A program made the translations under genes and the position numbers. Of a stretch of DNA of 64,000 bases, positions 28,127 to 35,987 are shown piece by piece (within the stretch, counting starts at the first letter, position 1; the number at the start of each line of letters is the position of its first letter). Where the stretch lies: assembly GCA_020051155.1 (NCBI GenBank), contig JAGVJK010000001.1, positions 18,605-82,604 of the forward strand, written 5' to 3'. The DNA is from Gammaproteobacteria bacterium (lineage in GTDB: Bacteria > Pseudomonadota > Gammaproteobacteria > UBA1113). Below the pieces are notes generated by a model. The model was not told the DNA's origin. It ran no database searches and saw only the letters and a program-made list of their open reading frames with translations.

Positions 28127-29083
28127 TCATTCCCCGAAGTGAGAGAATGGTTTTAAGAGAAGTTCTCGCGGCGAGCCTTGTTGCATAAAATACACACCTT
28201 CTCCTGGGACGATGTGACCGATAGACTGTAAATCATATCCCAACGTCCGTTTAAACTCTGTAGTCAAATTAGCATATGCCTCGGGCGCAACAGTTAGTAA
28301 TAAACCATAATCCTCGCCACCCGTTAATTGTACCTGCAACGGATCCAACCCAAGCTGCTGGCATGCATTAACAAACTCCTCTGAGGGCATTAATTGTTCC
28401 AGCTGAATGTTTGCCGCTACCTTTGAAGACGCACAAAGCCGTTGCAGATCGATAAACAAACCATCAGAAAGATCCATCATGGCAGTGACTTCTTTCTTGT
28501 GACTTAACCATGCACCTTCCTGCAAACGGGCTATAGGCTTTAAACAAACTTTTTTGAAAGTTTGTAAACCTTTGACCTCCGCTTCCAGAGCCATTAAGCC
28601 AAGATGAGCATGACCTAAGACGCCAGCGAAACAAATAACATCACCTGGCAGAGCTCGATTACGATATTTAATCTTCGATGTTTCAGCAACACCAATGGCA
28701 GTAATGCTAATAAAGAGTTTATCCGGTGACTGAGTGGTATCGCCCCCGATTAAGATCACAGAAGCATCTTTACATGCTTTAGAAAATCCTTTTAAAAATT
28801 CATGAATCTCTTTTTCATAGGACGCTGGGATAGAAAGCCCCAATAAAACGAATTGTGGTTTAGCACCCATTGCTGCTAAATCACTTAAATTCACATGTAA
28901 TGCCTTGTGCGCTAAGCTAGCCGGATCATAATACACACGACGAAAGTGCACATCTTCAATCAGCACATCTTTGGTTAAAACATAACTTGAGGTTTCTGAC
29001 AACGGGATTACCGCTGCATCATCACCAATATTCGTTGGAAATTCTGCATGCAAATACTCAATAATGTTTGCTTCACTCAGCAT
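28127..29083 (-). CDS. thiL: Thiamine-monophosphate kinase
   Basis: AIR-synthase-related fold with an N-terminal GDDAAV motif; 318 aa, a typical ThiL length. Starts 10 nt after the response-regulator stop. Confidence 0.8.
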   Translation of the reverse strand: MLSEANIIEYLHAEFPTNIGDDAAVIPLSETSSYVLTKDVLIEDVHFRRVYYDPASLAHKALHVNLSDLAAMGAKPQFVLLGLSIPASYEKEIHEFLKGFSKACKDASVILIGGDTTQSPDKLFISITAIGVAETSKIKYRNRALPGDVICFAGVLGHAHLGLMALEAEVKGLQTFKKVCLKPIARLQEGAWLSHKKEVTAMMDLSDGLFIDLQRLCASSKVAANIQLEQLMPSEEFVNACQQLGLDPLQVQLTGGEDYGLLLTVAPEAYANLTTEFKRTLGYDLQSIGHIVPGEGVYFMQQGSPRELLLKPFSHFGE

Positions 29084-29092
29084 AAAGTCGGC

Positions 29093-30103
29093 TCATAGTT
29101 TTGCCAATTTTACATCAGAGGACTCTTGGCTTTGCAAATATTTTTGGTAAGACATAACCCGTGCTGGCTCGATATCACAGATACTGGGATCAGCGATATA
29201 AGCATAGTAATAGCGTTCTTTACCTTCTAATAGCTGTGCTGGGTAAAGATATGTTGCCCAATCTGCCACTGGTACGTCACTGGCCGCTTGTTTAGGAAAA
29301 TAAGGAACATGTGTTCTGTCTTTGAGTCTATCAATAATCCATTGTGGCGCTTGGCCTTTCTCGGCTAAGGCGAGATAAGCATTCATTTCCTCATCATTGA
29401 CTAACACAAAACTACTTGGGTTTGCCTGTTGATCCAGTAGCAAAAAACTACCGCGGTTGGCCAATAGATAGTATTCTACAATTTTTTTCTCTTCGATCAT
29501 TTTCTCAAAAACTTTAGCAAAGCCTCTCTCTTCTAAGGCATTTAGAATAGGAGCGCTCGCTTGAGAGGAGGTATTAAATAACATCTCTGACAATTTTACA
29601 AATTGTTTTTTTTGTAATTCTTCGATAGTTTCAATCAGCACTTCTGTCATTTTTGGGATTGTTTTTGGGATAAACTTATCAATCAAGTCTTCATTAAACG
29701 CTTCCAAAGCCAGCTCATTACTGGCTTCACCGGTCAGCAAAACGCGCATCATGGATTTATGGCGTAATTGTCGAAAGAATTCTAGACCATTCATACTTGG
29801 CATAGAATAATCGATGATTAAAACCATCACTTCATCAAAACGATTGGGGTTATAAATTTCTTGTTTAATTTTTCTAAGATCAAAATTTAGAAAATCTTGA
29901 GATGCTTCTTTTTCATCGGATATGAATCTTGTAAAAAATGGCTCAACTCGATAATTATTATTTAAATAAGAGAGTGCTTTCTGAGGATCTTGAAAAAAAT
30001 AACACGAGAAGCGATCACTCAACTGAATTTCCATTGAATCTAAAAAACTTTTATTATCATCCACCAACACTATTTTGGTCGGGTGGTAACACACACTGAT
30101 CAT
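29093..30103 (-). CDS. Response regulator with N-terminal receiver and an about 200-aa C-terminal domain lacking DNA-binding motifs (LqsR-like)
   Basis: Receiver motifs KIVLVDDNKSF, a phospho-Asp in LIIDYSMPSMNG (around D98) and a conserved Lys in KFIPK. The 336-aa length and overall architecture resemble Legionella LqsR (343 aa); this is from memory, not a search. Confidence 0.65.
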   Translation of the reverse strand: MISVCYHPTKIVLVDDNKSFLDSMEIQLSDRFSCYFFQDPQKALSYLNNNYRVEPFFTRFISDEKEASQDFLNFDLRKIKQEIYNPNRFDEVMVLIIDYSMPSMNGLEFFRQLRHKSMMRVLLTGEASNELALEAFNEDLIDKFIPKTIPKMTEVLIETIEELQKKQFVKLSEMLFNTSSQASAPILNALEERGFAKVFEKMIEEKKIVEYYLLANRGSFLLLDQQANPSSFVLVNDEEMNAYLALAEKGQAPQWIIDRLKDRTHVPYFPKQAASDVPVADWATYLYPAQLLEGKERYYYAYIADPSICDIEPARVMSYQKYLQSQESSDVKLAKL

Positions 30104-30123
30104 CTTAAGACTCCCTTAAATAA

Positions 30124-31446
30124 TTAGCTTTCTTTCGTTTTATTTTTTTTCGGAAAACACAATTTAAACAAAGTATAGTCGTTTACCCTAGACTTGCAGC
30201 TGATATCTCCTTTCAAAGATTTCATGACTAGCTTACTGAAAGATAATCCAACACCGGCTCCATGACGAGTCCTTGTAAAAAATCGTTCAAAGATATGCGG
30301 CAAGTCTTGTTGAGCAATTCCCATCCCAGTGTCCTTAAAATAAAGAAGATTATAAGGACTGCTTTTTTCTATCCAGATATAAATAGAACCTTTCCCTGCT
30401 TTCTCAACATAATACAGTGCATTTCTAATGAGATTAAATAGCACATAGATCAACAGTATTTTTTTCCCTGCTACCAGAAAATCATTATTTTCAGTATTAT
30501 TCCAACGAATCATCTCTCGTTGTTCCGCTCTAAAGGGATAGCGTGCTAAAGCTTCATCAACACATTCTGCCATGGAAAATATTTCCCCTTCATTGCCTAA
30601 GGCAGGATTGATGCTCATCAGCAACATGTCAATCACATTAGACGCCGCATTGGTTTCAACCTCTATGAGTGCTGGTTGCTGTTCTAGTTTTGCAAAAACG
30701 TTTTGTCGAATATCTCCCACGGGTAATCCCGCTTGTTTTGCTTCACGATAAGCATCAAATAAAATTGGGTAGTATTTTTTAAGATTCAGTGCAACGGTAT
30801 TGATCGTGGCTAAGGGTGTACGAATTTCGTGAGCCATACTTGCAGAAACTAACGCCATGGCTTCTAGTTGTTTTTCTTTTTGTGTGATCTCTCGGTTTCT
30901 AACAAACAGCACGCTAAAAAACACAATAGAAATATAACTAAACGCAACTAGATAATAGTTTTTGGGTTGTGGTAATGCTCCATCGAGAACATAAAAAGAG
31001 AGACAGGCTAAGGTAACACCCACTACTAATATGATAAGCATGGGAACAATATCTAACAATAGCACCATCAGCACCAGCATTGTCATGGCATTCAAAATCC
31101 ATAGGTTCGAAAAACCATGTTTTAATAAAAAAAATGTCACGAAAAATGGCAGAGAATAGAGAATCGTAAGATACCAAAATAGTGGGAAAAACTTAAGACA
31201 CTTCTTTGGCCAATAGGGTTTTAAAATAAGTAATGCGCACAAAACAATAATCACTGAGCGCATTCCTGAGTTTTCATACCCCTGAGGATTCAATACAACC
31301 CAGATAATATAGTAAAAAGCGTAAGTCACTACCCCAAATATACCGAAGATCACCGCTAATTTTTCAGCACGCTCTGCGTCCTGATTTATTCTCTGGAGCG
31401 CTATATTTGCAATCTTCCTGATCGAATTTAATATCTGCATGTCCAT
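30124..31446 (-). CDS. Membrane sensor histidine kinase (about 6 TM helices plus HisKA plus HATPase_c), LqsS/CqsS-like topology
   Basis: The N-terminal roughly 180 aa is polytopic. H-box SMAHEIRTPL, an N-box, and G-boxes DTGMGI..GAGVGLS. There is no receiver domain. Confidence 0.75.
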   Translation of the reverse strand: MDMQILNSIRKIANIALQRINQDAERAEKLAVIFGIFGVVTYAFYYIIWVVLNPQGYENSGMRSVIIVLCALLILKPYWPKKCLKFFPLFWYLTILYSLPFFVTFFLLKHGFSNLWILNAMTMLVLMVLLLDIVPMLIILVVGVTLACLSFYVLDGALPQPKNYYLVAFSYISIVFFSVLFVRNREITQKEKQLEAMALVSASMAHEIRTPLATINTVALNLKKYYPILFDAYREAKQAGLPVGDIRQNVFAKLEQQPALIEVETNAASNVIDMLLMSINPALGNEGEIFSMAECVDEALARYPFRAEQREMIRWNNTENNDFLVAGKKILLIYVLFNLIRNALYYVEKAGKGSIYIWIEKSSPYNLLYFKDTGMGIAQQDLPHIFERFFTRTRHGAGVGLSFSKLVMKSLKGDISCKSRVNDYTLFKLCFPKKNKTKES

Positions 31447-31552
31447 ATCCTTAACACTAAGAATTCCATTCTACCTATGTTTTTGAGGAATGGTAAGCTT
31501 TTACTATCATTGCTTTGATTTTAAGCGAACCTCCTACCGCCCGCACCGATGC

Positions 31553-31757
31553 GGGTGCGATTGAAAGTGTCGGTTGAAATATTCCTTCCCATCAATTGTT
31601 ATTTCCATTCTCTACGCTGTCATCCCCGCGCAGGCGGGGACCCATTTTCATAGCAGCTCAGGAGCCCGTACAAAAATGGGTCCCCGCCTGCGCGGGGATG
31701 ACAACATGGAGGTGTCGCAGGGCACACAATATTTCAACCGACACTTTCAATCGCACC
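31553..31757. repeat. Nested GC-rich palindromic element (REP/MITE-like), about 205 bp
   Basis: Outer 29-bp perfect inverted repeat GTGCGATTGAAAGTGTCGGTTGAAATATT (31553-31581 and 31729-31757). Inner 31-bp perfect inverted repeat GTCATCCCCGCGCAGGCGGGGACCCATTTT (31611-31641 and 31676-31706). A further small palindrome CCCGCACCGATGCGGGTG precedes it. Translating it produces the artefactual IPAQAGTHFH...RLRGDD ORF segment. Confidence 0.7.
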
Positions 31758-31831
31758 CAATCTTAATCCGCTTGGGGTGCAGAATACAAAAATCGATTGC
31801 ACAAGCTCTTTGCTGTCTTTACAATAAGGCG

Positions 31832-32698
31832 ATGAAAAATATACCTGCTAAAACTGTGGCAATCATTGGTGCTGGACGTCTCGGGAAAACCTTGGCGCGT
31901 CTTGTTGTGTCTGCTTCGGATTATAGCCTTAGTGGTCTTTATACTCGTTCTGCCAGCCCACAGATTGGCGAAGTCTTAACTGACACGAGCATATTGATCC
32001 AATCATCTGAACATATGCAACCTGCCGATATTTATCTGATCACAACACCCGATGATCAAATTGCTGCAGCTTGTGACATGCTCTGTCATTCTTCTTACTT
32101 ACAACCTGGCAATATCATTTTACATTGCAGTGGATTACACACCGCCGCTATTTTACAATCCGCAAAAAATCACGGTTGTTATACCGCTAGTATTCATCCT
32201 TTACGTAGCTTTGCTGATCCTCTTCAATCCTATCAAGCCTTTCCCGGAACGTATTGCGCCCTGGAGGGCGACGAAGCTGGCTTATTAGAAACACGAAAAT
32301 TATTTGAAAGCTTCGGCGGTATTGTTTTTTCTATTGCCTCTGATGAGAAAGCACTGTATCACGCGGCCTCTGTCTTTGCGTCAAATTACACCGTCACTCT
32401 GTATGCAGTGGCAACACAATTATTACAAGATGCGCAAGTCTCTCCAGAGATTGCCAGCGCCATGACACAAAACTTAATGCAAGGCACTCTCAATAATCTT
32501 GCTTATCACACTGACCCAGCACAGGCTTTAACGGGCCCTATTCTTCGCGGCGATGAACAAACACTTCGCGCTCATTTAAAAAGTTTACAACCAGCGACGT
32601 TAAAACAACTGTATGCTATCTTAGGTGAGCATACACTGGATCTCACCAAATTATCTCCTGAAAAAAAATCTGCTATTCAACGAATCTTATCCAGTTAA
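31832..32698 (+). CDS. Rossmann-fold DUF2520-type putative NAD(P)-dependent oxidoreductase
   Basis: VAIIGAGRLGKTLA dinucleotide-binding motif and a C-terminal LTGPILRGD motif. Start reset to ATG 31832, downstream of the palindromic element. Confidence 0.6.
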   Translation: MKNIPAKTVAIIGAGRLGKTLARLVVSASDYSLSGLYTRSASPQIGEVLTDTSILIQSSEHMQPADIYLITTPDDQIAAACDMLCHSSYLQPGNIILHCSGLHTAAILQSAKNHGCYTASIHPLRSFADPLQSYQAFPGTYCALEGDEAGLLETRKLFESFGGIVFSIASDEKALYHAASVFASNYTVTLYAVATQLLQDAQVSPEIASAMTQNLMQGTLNNLAYHTDPAQALTGPILRGDEQTLRAHLKSLQPATLKQLYAILGEHTLDLTKLSPEKKSAIQRILSS

Positions 32699-33639
32699 AT
32701 ACACATCTGCCGTAAAGGAACTGCTGGTCCGGCATTTTCACCGATTGTATTCTCTTTTTCAAAAAATTTGACCATACATAAGCACTGTACTAAATTAGCA
32801 AAGAAGATACTTAGCATGACGCCAAATTCGCTTATCCGTGCGAAAAAAACGTGATTTCCTGTGGGGAGCGGATTACCGATAATTGAGGTTAAAGATGAAT
32901 GATAATCTTCATCATCTAACCCCTGCTCTTCTTCTAATACTGTTTTGCAAACATCCACGACATCTGTCACCGTTATTTCTTGAGAAGCGTGAAAGAATTT
33001 AGATTTCTTTTTACATTTTTGTTGTTTTACATCATCTAATAAAGCAGGTACTAAAGAAAGAACTAAACATTGTATCGCTGAAGACAAAAACTCTCTCATC
33101 GGCAAGTAATGATGATATTTTCCAATCTCTAGCAACTCTGCAAAGTCTATATTTTCAGAAAACATCTCCCATTGAACCTTGTTGGCCTCTATCAGCGTAT
33201 TAATAAGTATTAATACCATTTTCCGAGAACACATCCTTGAAACATCACGCAACACTTGAAAATAACCTTCCGGCTCCCTCCGCCCTTCGGCTATCGACTG
33301 CGCGGCTCTCATCTGTAATTTCTGTTTTAATTGAATCTCTGTATTGTGAAAACGCGCAGATAAAACTTGTTTAACAGCTTGTACAAAGGGTGTGATTTTA
33401 AATAAAATTTCAATCTCTTTGTTATAAACACTATTCTCGTAAACTGCAAGATAATTTCTGAGCCCTATCAAAAAATCATAACGCAAATACAAAGTATCTG
33501 AGATCAGCCTTGGCACATCTGCAAAGGATTGCGCGCCCGGCACGACTTCTCCCAGCTTTGGTAAAGTCATCTGCTTTTCATCAAAATAATTTTTAAACCT
33601 AAGAAATAGCTCTGCTTCTCGTTCTAATCTATTACCCAT
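32695..33639 (-). CDS. Hypothetical protein (314 aa), last gene of the P19/polyferredoxin operon
   Basis: An ORF with no motif I recognise. It sits 44 nt downstream of the P19 gene on the same strand. Confidence 0.45.
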   Translation of the reverse strand: MGNRLEREAELFLRFKNYFDEKQMTLPKLGEVVPGAQSFADVPRLISDTLYLRYDFLIGLRNYLAVYENSVYNKEIEILFKITPFVQAVKQVLSARFHNTEIQLKQKLQMRAAQSIAEGRREPEGYFQVLRDVSRMCSRKMVLILINTLIEANKVQWEMFSENIDFAELLEIGKYHHYLPMREFLSSAIQCLVLSLVPALLDDVKQQKCKKKSKFFHASQEITVTDVVDVCKTVLEEEQGLDDEDYHSSLTSIIGNPLPTGNHVFFARISEFGVMLSIFFANLVQCLCMVKFFEKENTIGENAGPAVPLRQMCI

Positions 33640-33682
33640 TTCTAACGCCCTCTTATTTTATAACCTCTCAAGCCATTAGGTT

Positions 33683-34225
33683 TTAGTACCCGCCCTTTTT
33701 CCCCGTTCCCAGATATACAAAATCCCAACTAACATCGATGGGATTAAACCACGGCGCAATACCCGTTTCTTTATCGGTATGACGGAAGAAGCCATTCCAG
33801 CTAGGAGGATCAATATGGTAAGTCACTTTATAATTCCCCGGACCGTCGAATTTAATATTACGACCATAATGAGGACCATCATTTGCCTCCATCGGCATCA
33901 ACCAACCAGTCTGCGAAGAAAGAACATTGTGCGCCTTATCCAGTTTTTCTAAATGATAACTGACTTGCAAATAAGGGATCCAAGCATCTTCGGGAAAGCC
34001 ATAGGGATTGTTTTTTAAGGCGTGGACATCCAGTTCCAAATGAGCATCTGGATTTCCTTGCATCGTGCCTTGCATATCCGGCGACATGCTCACCGGTTGT
34101 AAATAAACCGCACCAATTTCCAGGCCTGACTTTTGATACGCTTGACCAATAGTGGTTTCCGCGCCTAAGGCAATCTGAGACAATCCAATGCAGGCTAAGC
34201 CTAATAAATAATGCTTCACGATCAC
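33683..34225 (-). CDS. Periplasmic P19/FtrA-family iron(II)-uptake copper-binding protein
   Basis: Signal peptide MIVKHYLLGLACIGLSQIALGA. Size (180 aa) and His/Met-containing motifs (HLELDVHAL, WLMPMEANDGPHYGRN) fit the Campylobacter P19 / Bordetella FtrA family. Confidence 0.55.
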   Translation of the reverse strand: MIVKHYLLGLACIGLSQIALGAETTIGQAYQKSGLEIGAVYLQPVSMSPDMQGTMQGNPDAHLELDVHALKNNPYGFPEDAWIPYLQVSYHLEKLDKAHNVLSSQTGWLMPMEANDGPHYGRNIKFDGPGNYKVTYHIDPPSWNGFFRHTDKETGIAPWFNPIDVSWDFVYLGTGKKGGY

Positions 34226-34233
34226 CTCCGAAT

Positions 34234-35736
34234 TTAATGTAAAAGTTGTAAATGATGTCGATAATAAGTCAGTAATGAAAAACTACTACCAAAAATAGCG
34301 GGCCACCAAGCGAGGACCACTAAGGTTGCACCAGCAACGCCCGGCAACATAGCAATAGAACGTTTCCATCCTGTGGCGTAATCTTTTAATAAACGCCACC
34401 CGAGCCAACCACTCCAACCAAGGCTCAGCAATAGCAATGATATTTTAATTCCCTCAGTCAAAGCACCGCCGAAATTAATCTCCAAGGTTTTAAATAATAA
34501 ATCACCCAAACCAATCAATAACGACATCATTGCAACGGGAGCATACTGATAACCTAAAATAGTAAAACGCTCACGAAAAGTTGAGACAGCGTTTTTGCAA
34601 AGCAAACTGCTAAGACTATTCGTCAAAGTCAACACTGCCAAGCTCATCAACATGAAGACAAACATGAATCCCACAATCATGATAAAGTCGAGCCAATTAT
34701 AACTTTGGCCCTGCGCGGGGTGCACACTCATTAAAAAACTAGGTCCGCTATTTCCAATCCAATACCAGCCTTGTTCAATAAACCACGTGCCCAGCCATTG
34801 TCGCAACGTTTGGTAAATCGGTAAAATCAACCAAAGAAAACCACCTAAGGCAATGCCAGTTCCCATAAAAATAAATAAAACTTCTGACAGGTTAGGATGG
34901 TGCTTCTTGATTGTCTCAATCTCTGCACCCGGTGCCCGTAACTCTACAAACAAGCCACCGGCAGAGGAAGGTTTCACACAACGAAAACACTCGATGCAAT
35001 GACGCGATTCATCTTTTTGATTAATGGCGATCATGGTAGGACAAATGCCTTGTTCGGCATAGCGCGGATCTTTTTTCTTTGAGATTTTTGACCACACTTG
35101 CTTCGGTGTAAACTGCACCATCCCCAATCGAGAAAAGACACCGAGTAATAAACCAATGGGACATGCATGACGGCACCACGATCGTTTTTTACCGCCTTTG
35201 CCATACAACCACCCCATGAGAATAGCTGCAAGAAAAATTATGCCAAATAAAATCGCTAACCCACTCGGTTCATCGCGCACATCCAGGGTTTGCCCTAACA
35301 CGGTCACGATTAAAAAGCTCACTATCGGAACCCCTTCCCAGCGTAACCAGCGCGGGATTTCGCGCTTTAAACCATATTGATTGGCCCATTGCGAGCAGGC
35401 GCCTAACGGACACAATAAACCACACCAACTACGACCGGTAAAAATCACCGAAATAAAAACAAAGGGGAACCAAAGACCCCAAATTAAAAACAAGGATAGC
35501 ACCGTTAAATTATTAAAGAGCGTGCTACCTTCTGTGGGAATAGGCAAACACAGCGGCACAATGAGTAATGCTAAAAAGAAAATAAACATCACAACATGTA
35601 CCACATTTAAGAGACTGCGATGCCGATACATAAACGCTTCAATTTTTCTCAAAAAAGGCCGATGCCCCTTCCCATAGGGGGACTGGGGTGTAATCACCTT
35701 CGGAATTGTCTGACCCTGTTGTGCGCCAGCAACCAT
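34234..35736 (-). CDS. Membrane-bound polyferredoxin (NapH/MauN/FtrD-like, 4Fe-4S)
   Basis: Multi-TM protein with the Cys clusters CGLLCPLGAC, CRHACPIG and CIECFRCVKP. Start chosen at ATG 35736 (MVAGAQ...) preceded by AGAGGG; alternatives are 35793 or 35853. Confidence 0.6.
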   Translation of the reverse strand: MVAGAQQGQTIPKVITPQSPYGKGHRPFLRKIEAFMYRHRSLLNVVHVVMFIFFLALLIVPLCLPIPTEGSTLFNNLTVLSLFLIWGLWFPFVFISVIFTGRSWCGLLCPLGACSQWANQYGLKREIPRWLRWEGVPIVSFLIVTVLGQTLDVRDEPSGLAILFGIIFLAAILMGWLYGKGGKKRSWCRHACPIGLLLGVFSRLGMVQFTPKQVWSKISKKKDPRYAEQGICPTMIAINQKDESRHCIECFRCVKPSSAGGLFVELRAPGAEIETIKKHHPNLSEVLFIFMGTGIALGGFLWLILPIYQTLRQWLGTWFIEQGWYWIGNSGPSFLMSVHPAQGQSYNWLDFIMIVGFMFVFMLMSLAVLTLTNSLSSLLCKNAVSTFRERFTILGYQYAPVAMMSLLIGLGDLLFKTLEINFGGALTEGIKISLLLLSLGWSGWLGWRLLKDYATGWKRSIAMLPGVAGATLVVLAWWPAIFGSSFSLLTYYRHHLQLLH

Positions 35737-35835
35737 GAGCTGAACCCTCTTTCTGATATACCGCTCGCTAATGAAAATGCGATTTTCTGGCATCAATGCA
35801 GGCGGTATATCCTTATTATTAGATGCCGCGCCCGG

Positions 35836-35930
35836 GGGAACCCGGGCTTGCAATTAGAGGGGAGATCTCTCCCCTCTAATAACTCCCCATCCTGGTGGAG
35901 CACTCCAAGATGCATTCGCATCTTGAAGTG
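35836..35930 (+). repeat. Palindromic element (GCCCGGG-N4-CCCGGGC and a 22-nt palindrome AGAGGGGAGATCTCTCCCCTCT) fused to dispersed short repeat copy C
   Basis: Lies between the kup stop and the polyferredoxin start. Copy C, CTAATAACTCCCCATCCTGGTGGAGCACTCCAAGATGCATTCGCATCTTGAAGTGGAATGG, matches copies A and B. Confidence 0.65.
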
Positions 35931-35987
35931 GAATGGGTATAGAAGAGGCATAGTAATATAAATGAGAACGATTATCAAATAGAATCG

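Noticed and set aside
31574..31831. N-terminal 86 aa of the 374-aa ORF 31574..32698 (MKYSFPSIVISILYAVIPAQAGTHFHSS...RLRGDD...)
   Set aside because: It is a translation through the nested palindromic element; the IPAQAG / RLRGDD peptides are the two arms of the inverted repeat. The real gene starts at ATG 31832 with a Rossmann motif immediately after.
32695..33639. N-myristoylation motif at MGNRLER of the 314-aa hypothetical protein
   Set aside because: Position 6 is Glu rather than Ser or Thr, so the eukaryotic NMT consensus is not met.
35031..35978. ORFs 35031..35231, 35198..35380, 35381..35677, 35620..35961 and 35793..35978 around the polyferredoxin gene and repeat region
   Set aside because: Frame-shifted or antisense to the Cys-cluster membrane protein, or run through the palindromic and dispersed-repeat element.
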